From Nitrosopumilus maritimus SCM1 (GTDB lineage: Archaea; Thermoproteota; Nitrososphaeria; Nitrososphaerales; Nitrosopumilaceae), in assembly GCF_000018465.1 (NCBI RefSeq), contig NC_010085.1, forward strand, positions 570,001-602,000: a DNA stretch of 32,000 nt. Reading direction: 5' to 3'. Within the stretch, counting starts at the first letter, position 1; the number at the start of each line of letters is the position of its first letter. Positions 16,177 to 25,229 of this stretch are shown here, one piece after another. The notes beneath the pieces were generated by a model. That model had not been told where the DNA came from. It worked only from the letters and a program-made list of their open reading frames with translations, and did no database searches. The translations under genes were made by a program, and so were the position numbers.

Positions 16177-16201
16177 CCCGCCCAATATCACCACTCTTCG
16201 A

Positions 16202-17296
16202 ATGACAGGAAGAATCAAAGTCGGATTAGTAGGAATTGGAAACTGCTTTTCAGGACTTATTCAAGGAATTGAATACTATAGAAAAAACCCTTCTCAAGAA
16301 GTAATTGGAATTATTCACGATAAATTAGCAGGATATGGAATTCATGATATTGACTTTGTATGTGGATTTGATGTTGGAGAAAACAAAGTTGGAAAACTAA
16401 TCAATGAAGCAATTTATGAATACCCAAACATGGTAGACTGGATTCCAAAAGATGAAATGCCAAAAACTGATGGCAAAGTATTCGAGAGTCCAGTTTTAGA
16501 TGGTGTTGGATTGTGGGTTGAAAACAGAGTAAAACCAATCAAAAGTGCAAAAACTGATGATGAAATTGCAGAAGAAGCAAAGAAAATCATCAAAGAGACT
16601 GGTGCTGAAATTATTGTATCATATTTACCTGTGGGTTCAGATAAAGTCACTCAATTCTGGGCTCAAGTTTGTCTTGATACTAATACTGCTTTTGTAAACT
16701 GTATTCCTTCATTTATTGCATCAGATCCTGAATGGGCAAAAAAATTTGAAGAGAAGAACATCCCTTGTATTGGTGATGATATCAAAGGTCAAGTTGGAGC
16801 AACTATTGTGCATAGAACATTAGCAAAACTCTGTAATGACAGAGGAACTAAAATTGAAAAAACATACCAAATCAATGTAGGCGGAAACACTGATTTCTTA
16901 AACATGAAAGAACAAGAGAGACTAGTCTCCAAGAAAATTTCTAAAACTGAAAGTGTACAGAGTCAACTTGATGAACGACTAGATGATGATCAAATCTATG
17001 TTGGGCCTTCTGACTTTATTCCATTTTTAGGTAACACCAAACTCATGTTTATGAGAATTGAAGGTCGTCAATGGGCAAATATTCCTTACAACATGGAGGT
17101 TCGTTTAGATGTTGATGACAAGGCAAACTCTGCAGGTATTGTAATTGATGCAATTCGACTTGCAAAGATTGCACTTGATAGAGGAGTTGGTGGACCAATC
17201 AAACCTGCAAGTGCATATCTGATGAAACACCCAATTGAACAAACTTCTGATGTTGCTGCAAAGACTGCATGTGAAAAGTTTGTAGCTGGCGAATAA
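16202..17296 (+). CDS. myo-Inositol-1-phosphate (inositol-3-phosphate) synthase, short archaeal/bacterial form
   Basis: N-terminal VGLVGIGNCFSGLIQGIEYY (NAD-binding), plus NVGGNTDFLNM and SKKISKTESV blocks. The protein is 364 aa. Confidence 0.9.
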   Translation: MTGRIKVGLVGIGNCFSGLIQGIEYYRKNPSQEVIGIIHDKLAGYGIHDIDFVCGFDVGENKVGKLINEAIYEYPNMVDWIPKDEMPKTDGKVFESPVLDGVGLWVENRVKPIKSAKTDDEIAEEAKKIIKETGAEIIVSYLPVGSDKVTQFWAQVCLDTNTAFVNCIPSFIASDPEWAKKFEEKNIPCIGDDIKGQVGATIVHRTLAKLCNDRGTKIEKTYQINVGGNTDFLNMKEQERLVSKKISKTESVQSQLDERLDDDQIYVGPSDFIPFLGNTKLMFMRIEGRQWANIPYNMEVRLDVDDKANSAGIVIDAIRLAKIALDRGVGGPIKPASAYLMKHPIEQTSDVAAKTACEKFVAGE

Positions 17297-18034
17297 TCAT
17301 CTAAACTTGTTTGCATCTGAAAATCTATTTTTTCTGCTTTTTTGATATTTTTCCAGTTTGAATTCTTTTGAAACTGATTTTTCTTTTTTTAGTTTAGTAA
17401 GTTTTGTATTGACTACTTTGTTGTTTTCAGCTAAATCCACAATGAGGCTCTCTCCGCCAAATCTTCTATTCTCTACATTTGCCGCAAGAATTGGGATTCT
17501 GTTTTCTAATGCCCTGACTTGAACATACATGTGCCATGATTCTATCCCTCTTCTTACAATTCTGCTAGGTGACAACAAAACTTGGGCGCCTTTTTTTGTC
17601 AAAGTATTTGCTACCTGTGGAAATACCATATCATAGCAAATCACCACTCCGAATTTGCATGCAGTATTGAAGATTTTAGCCTCCTTTCCGGGCGTGACCG
17701 TATCTCTCTCATAATCAAATGGGTGTATCTTCTCTTGCCTGCCTATGAATTCTCCTTCAGGACCAATCACAGGTGCAATTATTGAAGATTTTTTCTTGTT
17801 ATTTTCATAAAATGCCCCTGGAATAATGGTCATTGAAAAATCTCTGGATATGTCCTTAAATTCTGAAAATTCTGTATCAAAGTCTGAAATTATATTTTCT
17901 TTTAGCCATTGTTCGGGAAGACAAACAATGTCAGTTTCCTGCCTGCCTAATTTTCTTAAAATCTGTGAAACTCTGTCTATTCCTTTTTGGTTATTTTGAT
18001 ATGAAACGGTTTGAATCATTCCTAGTTTTACCAT
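17297..18034 (-). CDS. Carbon-nitrogen hydrolase (nitrilase superfamily)
   Basis: Glu-Lys-Cys triad contexts: IVCLPEQW, RQEKIHPF and GVVICYDMVFP. The protein is 245 aa. Its stop abuts the stop of the convergent inositol-phosphate synthase gene. Confidence 0.85.
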   Translation of the reverse strand: MVKLGMIQTVSYQNNQKGIDRVSQILRKLGRQETDIVCLPEQWLKENIISDFDTEFSEFKDISRDFSMTIIPGAFYENNKKKSSIIAPVIGPEGEFIGRQEKIHPFDYERDTVTPGKEAKIFNTACKFGVVICYDMVFPQVANTLTKKGAQVLLSPSRIVRRGIESWHMYVQVRALENRIPILAANVENRRFGGESLIVDLAENNKVVNTKLTKLKKEKSVSKEFKLEKYQKSRKNRFSDANKFR

Positions 18035-18209
18035 GTTTTTAGAATGGGTATTTGGTAATTATAGGTAGGCACACATTACGATCAGAAATTTCATTTTTCT
18101 CTGAGTAACCGTTACGAAAAATATCATACTAAAACAAGAAAAATTATGCAATAGTGTCAACTAAACTTGTTAAACATCGATTATCTCACCAATTGAGACA
18201 TTATTCTTA

Positions 18210-21200
18210 TTGGTTCATGTAAAAAAAGTCGAGATCTTTGGCTTCAAATCATTTGGATTCAAGAATACCACTGTGCAATTTGAACCTGGACTTGTATCGA
18301 TCTCAGGTCCTAACGGTTCTGGTAAAAGTAACATCTTAGATGCTATCATTTTTGCAATGGGTGAAAACAAACCAAAGGTTATGAGAGTTGACAAATTACG
18401 ATCACTGATTCATGATATTGAAGGAAATAGACGTGGACCAAAAATGGCAAGATCTAGTGTTCATTTTGATAATTCTGATAGAAAGATTCCAGTTGATTCT
18501 GACAATGTGGAAATTACAAGGGAAATGGATGCAAATGGAGAAAATACATACTATCTAAACAAAAAGAAAACAAACCGTAGTCATATTCTTGATTTACTTG
18601 ATATGGCAAATGCTGGATTAGGTCAGCTTAATGCTGTGCAACAAGGAACCGTTACAAGAATTTCTGAATTTACATCTGAAGAGAAAAGAAAGACAATTGA
18701 AGATTTGATTGGACTTTCGTATTTTGATGAAAAAAAGGCTGAATCTGTAAAACAACTTGATGAGGCAGATAGGAGATTAGAAATTGCTCTTGCAAAAATG
18801 GGTGAAATAAAGAAACGAATTGATGAATTAGAAGAGGAACGTAACCAGAAATTGCGCTATGATATTCTTGAGCGTGAATTAAATCGATACAAGGCAATTG
18901 CTGCAGCTAACAAACTAAAGGTGATTTCAAGCCAAAAAGAGTCAAAGGAATCAACTTTACACTCAGTTACTGCTGAAATCACCACATTTGATGATGAAAG
19001 AAGTATTCTTAGAACTGAAATTGGAACTTTGGAATCTGAAAAATCAAAACTTATGGCAGAAGCTAATGATTATACTCAAGCAAAATCTGCACTTGATACT
19101 GAAATTGCAACTGCAATGGAACAATATGAAATTGACAATAGTGCAATCTCTGCATCAAAGAAAAGAATAGAACAAATTGAATCTCGAATTCCAGAAATTC
19201 AAAAAGAACTTGAAGATGTTGATAGTGCACGAAGCGATATAGATACACAGATTTTGAAAATTAAAGAATCTATTGAACAAACCAATGTAAAGAAAAACAA
19301 AATTAATTCTGATTTAGAAATTGTCGACTCTCAAAGAAATAAAATTTTAGATGAACAATCACAAGCTGCAGCTAAAAAATCTGAGATTGATCAAAAAATT
19401 AAAGAGTTAACAACTCAACTTAATGATGCAAAATTAAAACTCTCTAAACTACAACACGAAAAAGAAGAATCAAAAATTAAAGTTGAATCAAACACTGCAA
19501 AACTACAAGGTCTTGAACAAGGTATTGAAGAACTGACTTCATCAAAAACAAAACTAGAATCTATGATCAAAAACCATAACGCTACAATTACTGAATTAAA
19601 ATCTAGAATACAAAAACTACAATCAAAAAAATCTAAAATTGTTTCCGATATGGATGAATGGGGGGAAATTTTAGAAAAATCTAATCAAGCTGCAACTCGT
19701 TATGAATCAAAAATTAAAACTGTTAAAGGATTCATGCATGAAGACTATACTGTTGCAAAATTAAAAGAAGATGCAGAACAACTTGGCATTGAAGGTTTAG
19801 TTTATGAAATGATTTCTTGGGATAAACAATACGAGCGTTCTATCTTAGCTGTAAGTTCTGATTGGATTAAAGCAATAGTTGTAAAAGACTTTGCAACTCT
19901 TCTTGGGATTGCAGAGTTTGCAAGGTCTAGAAAATTATCTAAACTCAAGATTATTCCTATGGATTCTATCCCTAAATTCAAACTAAAACTACCTACCGAT
20001 TCAGGCGTAATAGGTGTCCTTTCAGACTTTGTACGCTGCAAACCTGCCTATGCTGAACTCAAAACTTTCCTATTTGGAAATATTATTCTCACTGAAACCC
20101 GAGAATCTGCATACAATGTTTCTCAGTCTGGATACAAGGCAGTTACTATGGATGGTGAATATTTTGAAGCAAAAGGTGGAACTGTTGTTATTGATATTGA
20201 TTCAAAGATATCAAAACTTACAAAATTAATTTCGATGAGTAGTGATGTTGATGGTTTATTCCAATCAATTAATGCTGTAAAGAAGTATCTTCTACTGAAA
20301 AAGAATGCCATTAAAAAATTAGATGACTCTATTCAATTAAATTCTGAACGACTTTCAATTTCTGAACAATCTCTTGCATCTACCAATGAACATTACTCTA
20401 CCCTTACACCTAGAATTGAATCTGCACTAAACATGAAAGAACAAATCACAACTAGAATTGCTGATTTGACTTCTCGTGATCAAAACATTGAATCTGAAGT
20501 TCTTACAAATGAATCACATGTTGAATCCTTACTAGAACGTATATCCATTGTAGAAGAAAACTATGCAAGTGGAGAACAAGCACGTATTGCAAATGAATTA
20601 TCTAGAATCAATGCAAAGAAAGCTGAAGTCGAAAAACTATACACCACCATTACCAATGAATATCGTGACAAGGCTTCACAATTAACAACATTAGAAACTC
20701 AAGATAATCGTGAAAAATCTCAATCTAACCGTCTTCATGATGAAGAACGTTCATTGAGTTTGGAAAAAGAAGAATTACAATCAAAAATTAATGAACTAGA
20801 AGTCCAAAAAGAATCAAAGAATGAAGTTCTTGTAAAACTAAGAGAAAAAGAACAAGAACTTATTGAGACATCTGGTTCTTCTATTGGACAACTCAAAGAG
20901 TTTGATGACAAACTCAAAGTATTATCTGAGAAAGATAGAGAATTGACTAAACAAATCAATACTTTGGAGAGACAATCTGACTCTTTGAACCGTGATTTGA
21001 GGGATTTAGTTGAAAATGAGACTAAATTACAGCAAATTCTCTCTGCATTTGGCTTTGACAAAGACATGGAGACATTTGATGTAGAATCTATTGTTCAAGG
21101 GCTGTCTGCAGAATTGGCTTCATTAAATGCACTAAATGCAAAAGCTCCTGAAACTTATCTTGAAGTATCTTATGGTTATCGTTCAATGTCTACTAGAAAG

Positions 21201-21734
21201 AATTCTCTTGAAGAAGAAAGAAACTCTATTGTAAAATTCATTGAAGACATTGAAAAGGACAAGCGTCAGACATTCTTGGATGCATTTGACAAAGTCGATA
21301 AAGAAATTAAATTAATTTTCAACAAGATGACTGGTGGAAATGCATGGTTAGAACTACAAAATGAAGATGATATATTCAATTCTGGAATTTCATACTTGAT
21401 ACAATTTCCAAATAAACCAAAAAGAGAATCTACATCCATTAGTGGTGGTGAGAAGACACTAGCTGCAATTGTATTTGTACTTGCTTTACAAAAACTCAAA
21501 CCTTCCCCATTTTACTTGTTTGATGAAGTAGATGCACACCTTGATGCTCCAAACTCTGAAAGACTCTCAAATATTTTAGAAGAGCGAGCAAAAGAAAGCC
21601 AATTCATTATGGTTTCACTAAAAGACTCTGTAGTCCAAAAAGCAAAACTGATCTATGGTGTATTTCCAAAGAATGGTGTGTCAAACGTTGTCACTTACAA
21701 GGACAAACGTATGCCTTCTGTTAGAACATCTTAG
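18210..21734 (+). CDS. smc: SMC chromosome segregation ATPase
   Basis: N-terminal VKKVEIFGFKSF and Walker A GPNGSGKSN. Long coiled-coil arms flank a central hinge (around GIEGLVYEMISWD...AVSSDWIKAIVV). The C-terminus has the signature SGGEKTLAAIVFVLAL and Walker B FYLFDEVDAHLD. The TTG start is supported by the position of the N-terminal motif. Confidence 0.95.
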   Translation: MVHVKKVEIFGFKSFGFKNTTVQFEPGLVSISGPNGSGKSNILDAIIFAMGENKPKVMRVDKLRSLIHDIEGNRRGPKMARSSVHFDNSDRKIPVDSDNVEITREMDANGENTYYLNKKKTNRSHILDLLDMANAGLGQLNAVQQGTVTRISEFTSEEKRKTIEDLIGLSYFDEKKAESVKQLDEADRRLEIALAKMGEIKKRIDELEEERNQKLRYDILERELNRYKAIAAANKLKVISSQKESKESTLHSVTAEITTFDDERSILRTEIGTLESEKSKLMAEANDYTQAKSALDTEIATAMEQYEIDNSAISASKKRIEQIESRIPEIQKELEDVDSARSDIDTQILKIKESIEQTNVKKNKINSDLEIVDSQRNKILDEQSQAAAKKSEIDQKIKELTTQLNDAKLKLSKLQHEKEESKIKVESNTAKLQGLEQGIEELTSSKTKLESMIKNHNATITELKSRIQKLQSKKSKIVSDMDEWGEILEKSNQAATRYESKIKTVKGFMHEDYTVAKLKEDAEQLGIEGLVYEMISWDKQYERSILAVSSDWIKAIVVKDFATLLGIAEFARSRKLSKLKIIPMDSIPKFKLKLPTDSGVIGVLSDFVRCKPAYAELKTFLFGNIILTETRESAYNVSQSGYKAVTMDGEYFEAKGGTVVIDIDSKISKLTKLISMSSDVDGLFQSINAVKKYLLLKKNAIKKLDDSIQLNSERLSISEQSLASTNEHYSTLTPRIESALNMKEQITTRIADLTSRDQNIESEVLTNESHVESLLERISIVEENYASGEQARIANELSRINAKKAEVEKLYTTITNEYRDKASQLTTLETQDNREKSQSNRLHDEERSLSLEKEELQSKINELEVQKESKNEVLVKLREKEQELIETSGSSIGQLKEFDDKLKVLSEKDRELTKQINTLERQSDSLNRDLRDLVENETKLQQILSAFGFDKDMETFDVESIVQGLSAELASLNALNAKAPETYLEVSYGYRSMSTRKNSLEEERNSIVKFIEDIEKDKRQTFLDAFDKVDKEIKLIFNKMTGGNAWLELQNEDDIFNSGISYLIQFPNKPKRESTSISGGEKTLAAIVFVLALQKLKPSPFYLFDEVDAHLDAPNSERLSNILEERAKESQFIMVSLKDSVVQKAKLIYGVFPKNGVSNVVTYKDKRMPSVRTS

Positions 21735-22699
21735 TTGATTTTTACATGACAAGCTGAATAGTGCTCATCATCTATCTTTTCAAACTTTGGTTCTGTTTCA
21801 CATTTGTCAATAACATATGGGCATCTGTTTCTGAATCTACAGCCATGTAGAATATCGATATCTGACGGTTCGTTGATTCTGATTTTTTTATCCTTGTGTA
21901 AATTGTCTGGATTTGGCTCTGATATTGCGTCAATTAACGCCTGTGTGTAAGGATGTTTTGGGCTAAGAAGCACTTGATCAATAGGTCCTACTTCTACAAT
22001 CTTTCCTAAATACAAAATTCCTATTCTTTGACCAAAATACCTTGCAGTTGCCAAATCATGTGTGATATAGATAAATGAAATGTTGTATTTTTTTTGTAAT
22101 TCATGCATCAACTCTAGCATTTCAGCTCTAATTGATACATCAAGCATTGAGACTGGTTCATCTGCTAAAATGACTTTTGGTTTTAATGACAGAGCTCTTG
22201 CTAAAACCACTCTTTGTCTTTGACCTCCTGACAACATATGTGGATATTTTTTGATTATTTCTTCAGCTGGTTCTAGCTTAACTTCATGAAGAACTTCGAT
22301 TACTCTTCTTCGTCTTTTGTCTTTATTTCCAATATTGTGAATTTCAAGTGGCTCTGAAACAATATCTCCAATCTTCATTCTTGGATTTATCGAATCATAT
22401 GGATCCTGATGAATCATTTGACATCCCATTCTGATTTTTTGCAAATTTTCAGGATTGTTGTCAATTTCTTGTCCTTCGAAAAATATTTTTCCTGAATCCG
22501 GCTGTATTGATCTTAAAATTAATTTTGCAATAGTTGATTTTCCTGAACCGGATTCCCCTGCTAGTACAAACACCTCTCCTTTCTTTACAGAAAAAGAAAT
22601 GTCATCCGTTGCTCTTACTGTGTCAGATTCTTTTCCAAACATTCCTTTTTTTGTAAAATATTTTTTCAAATGCTCTATTTTGAGAATTTCATCCAACAA
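21731..22699 (-). CDS. ABC transporter ATP-binding protein, oligopeptide/dipeptide (OppF/DppF-like) type
   Basis: Walker A GESGSGKST, signature LSGGQRQR, Walker B ILADEPVSMLD and H-loop ITHDL. The C-terminal extension is HGCRFRNRCPYVIDKC...SACH (a Cys cluster). TTG start. Confidence 0.9.
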   Translation of the reverse strand: MLDEILKIEHLKKYFTKKGMFGKESDTVRATDDISFSVKKGEVFVLAGESGSGKSTIAKLILRSIQPDSGKIFFEGQEIDNNPENLQKIRMGCQMIHQDPYDSINPRMKIGDIVSEPLEIHNIGNKDKRRRRVIEVLHEVKLEPAEEIIKKYPHMLSGGQRQRVVLARALSLKPKVILADEPVSMLDVSIRAEMLELMHELQKKYNISFIYITHDLATARYFGQRIGILYLGKIVEVGPIDQVLLSPKHPYTQALIDAISEPNPDNLHKDKKIRINEPSDIDILHGCRFRNRCPYVIDKCETEPKFEKIDDEHYSACHVKIN

Positions 22700-22792
22700 A
22701 TACTGTTGAATTTAGAAGTATATCAAGAGATATAGTTTGTGCGTAAAGAATTGGGTTAAGGCTTTTATGCCCTCTAATACTGATTTTAGTAC

Positions 22793-23812
22793 TTGAACAA
22801 TACCTTACAAAAAAACAAAGAATACAAGAAATTTGTTGTTGATTCCAGATTACAATATTTCAAACCTCATGCCACAAAAATTGAAAAAACGTTTGCTGAA
22901 GAAATCTCATCTGGCCTTGGAACTAACTCTAAATCTATTCATCCCAAATTTTTCTATGACAAGAAAGGTTCTGAGTTGTTTGAAAAAATATGTTCTGTTC
23001 CAGAATACTATCCTACTAGAACTGAAATTTCTATTCTGAAAAAACTCCAGAGTGAACTGTCTTCCTACTTGGATGAAGACTTTAGATTGGTAGAATTAGG
23101 CAGTGGTTCCTCAACAAAAACTCGGTTAATCCTGGACTTTTTGACATCTCAAAAAACTCTCGAGTACTTTCCAATAGATATCTCTGAAATTCTTACAGAA
23201 AGTTCTGAAGAATTACTAAATGATTATCAAAATCTTACAATTACTGGCATTATCGATACTTATGAGGGTGGTTTAGAATTTTTAAAAACATATGATGATA
23301 AAAGCAATCTCATCATTTTCCTGGGTTCCAGTTTTGGTAATTTCTCTCCAATTGACGGGTACAAATTTTTAGAAAAAGTTTATGCTACTATGAAACCTGG
23401 TGATTTGTTTTTGATTGGACTTGATCTTGTAAAAGACAAAACCATTCTTGAATCTGCTTATAATGACTCTGAAGGCGTAACTGCAAAGTTCAATCTTAAT
23501 GTTTTATCTAGAATTAATGACGAGCTTGATGCTGATTTTAATTTACAAAACTTTTCACATCATGCTATTTACAATGAAAAAGATCAGAGAATTGAAATGT
23601 ATTTGAAATCTCTGGTTGATCAATCAATAATCATATCAAAATCTGATTTGGAATTAAAATTACAAAAAGATGAATTGATTCACACTGAATACTCTCACAA
23701 ATATAGATTATCTCAAATTCATGATCTTCTTGATGATGTTGGATTTGAGTTAAAACACACCTGGCTTGACGATAAAAAATATTTTTCATTAACTTTGGTC
23801 TCAAAAACTTGA
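22793..23812 (+). CDS. egtD: L-histidine N-alpha-methyltransferase (ergothioneine biosynthesis EgtD)
   Basis: Block-by-block similarity to mycobacterial EgtD as I recall it: PKFFYDKKGSELFEKICSVPEYYPTRTE, LVELGSGSSTKTR, FLGSSFGNF, GDLFLIGLDLVKD, EGVTAKFNLNVL, RIEMYL and TEYSHKY. TTG start; there is no in-frame ATG near the N-terminus. Confidence 0.9.
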   Translation: MNNTLQKNKEYKKFVVDSRLQYFKPHATKIEKTFAEEISSGLGTNSKSIHPKFFYDKKGSELFEKICSVPEYYPTRTEISILKKLQSELSSYLDEDFRLVELGSGSSTKTRLILDFLTSQKTLEYFPIDISEILTESSEELLNDYQNLTITGIIDTYEGGLEFLKTYDDKSNLIIFLGSSFGNFSPIDGYKFLEKVYATMKPGDLFLIGLDLVKDKTILESAYNDSEGVTAKFNLNVLSRINDELDADFNLQNFSHHAIYNEKDQRIEMYLKSLVDQSIIISKSDLELKLQKDELIHTEYSHKYRLSQIHDLLDDVGFELKHTWLDDKKYFSLTLVSKT

Positions 23813-23852
23813 TAGATTTTCCATAGTTTGTGCCTAAATACTAAGTCAGGAT

Positions 23853-24419
23853 TCAGTAAGGAGTTCCTTTCTCTCTCTGATTTTTTAATGCATTAAGATA
23901 CCATTCAAATTCGTCTAAAAAACGTTCAATTCTTTTTTCATATTCTTGATGCAAGAGATTTCCTGATTCATCAAATGCTTCATGTACTTTAGAAATTTGA
24001 AGTGAAGATGGAATTGATGGGGAACCTAATTCTGCAAAAATATGCCGTAAATGCTGTGCTGCATTAATTCCTCCAAAGGAACCTACTGAATAGGAAACTA
24101 TGGCAGAAGGTTTGAAAAAATATTCTTCAAGACAATAATCAAGGGTATTTTTCAAGGCAGCTGATATTGTATGGTTGTATTCAGGCGTAATTGGAACATA
24201 TCCATCAGCAGAAATTATCATATCATGTAATTTTTGGAATTTAGATTCAGGATTTTCCATTTCTTTATACATTCTATCTAAAATTGGTAAATCCAACTCC
24301 ATTGGATCCACTACTGAGACTTTGTGTCTTCTATCTTGAATTTTCTTCGTGATGTATCGTCCTACTCTTTCTCCATTTCTATCCTTTCTTAGAGAACCTA
24401 AAATTACTGCTATGTTCAT
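23853..24419 (-). CDS. NAD(P)H-dependent FMN reductase family flavoprotein
   Basis: MNIAVILGSLRKDRNG (the GS.R motif) and ADGYVPITPEYNHTISAALKNTLD (the PEYN motif). The protein is 188 aa. Confidence 0.85.
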   Translation of the reverse strand: MNIAVILGSLRKDRNGERVGRYITKKIQDRRHKVSVVDPMELDLPILDRMYKEMENPESKFQKLHDMIISADGYVPITPEYNHTISAALKNTLDYCLEEYFFKPSAIVSYSVGSFGGINAAQHLRHIFAELGSPSIPSSLQISKVHEAFDESGNLLHQEYEKRIERFLDEFEWYLNALKNQREKGTPY

Positions 24420-24506
24420 ACCAACAAACTTTCAAATTATGTCATAAAGTTTTCTCCAAAACTAATCCCAATCTTTGTTTGATTCTACACTAAAATATTT
24501 GTAAAA

Positions 24507-25175
24507 TTATTTCATTTTTTGCATTAGTTCTTCAAACACAACTAATGGTTGTTTACCTTCGATTTTTTGATATTCTCCACGCTCATTTACAACAATAAAT
24601 GTTGGAGTTTGGTTTACTTCATGTACCTCTCCTAACTTTAGACTTTGATCAATTTTTTGATTAAATTCTGAAGAAGACATACATTCATCATATTTTTCCA
24701 TATCTAAATTAATCTGACTTGCAAAATCTCTTATTTTATCTGCACTTGCCCATCCATCATTGGTGTCTCCTTGGTTTAGATATAATATTTCATGAAATTC
24801 CCAATACATCCCTTGTTGTTCTGCACAATAACTTGCATGTGCTGTAGGATAGGAATCATCTCCTAAAAATGGATAATCCACAAACACCAATTCCACTTGA
24901 CCTGATTCTATATACTTCTCTTTCAAAGGCATTGCAGTTTCTTTATACCACTCACTACAAAATGGACACTGGAAATCTCCAAATTCTATAATTGTAATTG
25001 GTGCATTTGAATTGCCCAAAGAGTGGCTGTATTGTTTGATGTTTTCTACATCTACCCTAGCTGCTTCTGCCACCTTGGTGTTCATATCCATTCCAGTTAC
25101 TGCATAAATACTCATGGCAATACCAACAACAATCACTGCAGCTGCAATTACAATTTTAGTTGGCATATTAGTCAA
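24507..25175 (-). CDS. Membrane-anchored DsbA-like thiol:disulfide oxidoreductase, paralogue of 9023..9685
   Basis: The N-terminal anchor, PITIIEFGDFQCPFCSEW (CPFC) and shared blocks (YCAE.QGMYWE.H, LDME) show clear paralogy. The track start is TTG 25175; an in-frame ATG lies at 25166. Confidence 0.85.
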   Translation of the reverse strand: MTNMPTKIVIAAAVIVVGIAMSIYAVTGMDMNTKVAEAARVDVENIKQYSHSLGNSNAPITIIEFGDFQCPFCSEWYKETAMPLKEKYIESGQVELVFVDYPFLGDDSYPTAHASYCAEQQGMYWEFHEILYLNQGDTNDGWASADKIRDFASQINLDMEKYDECMSSSEFNQKIDQSLKLGEVHEVNQTPTFIVVNERGEYQKIEGKQPLVVFEELMQKMK

Positions 25176-25229
25176 TAATGTTCGTAAATCGCAATTGATA
25201 ATTAATGTTTAGACATCATTTAATCAAAT

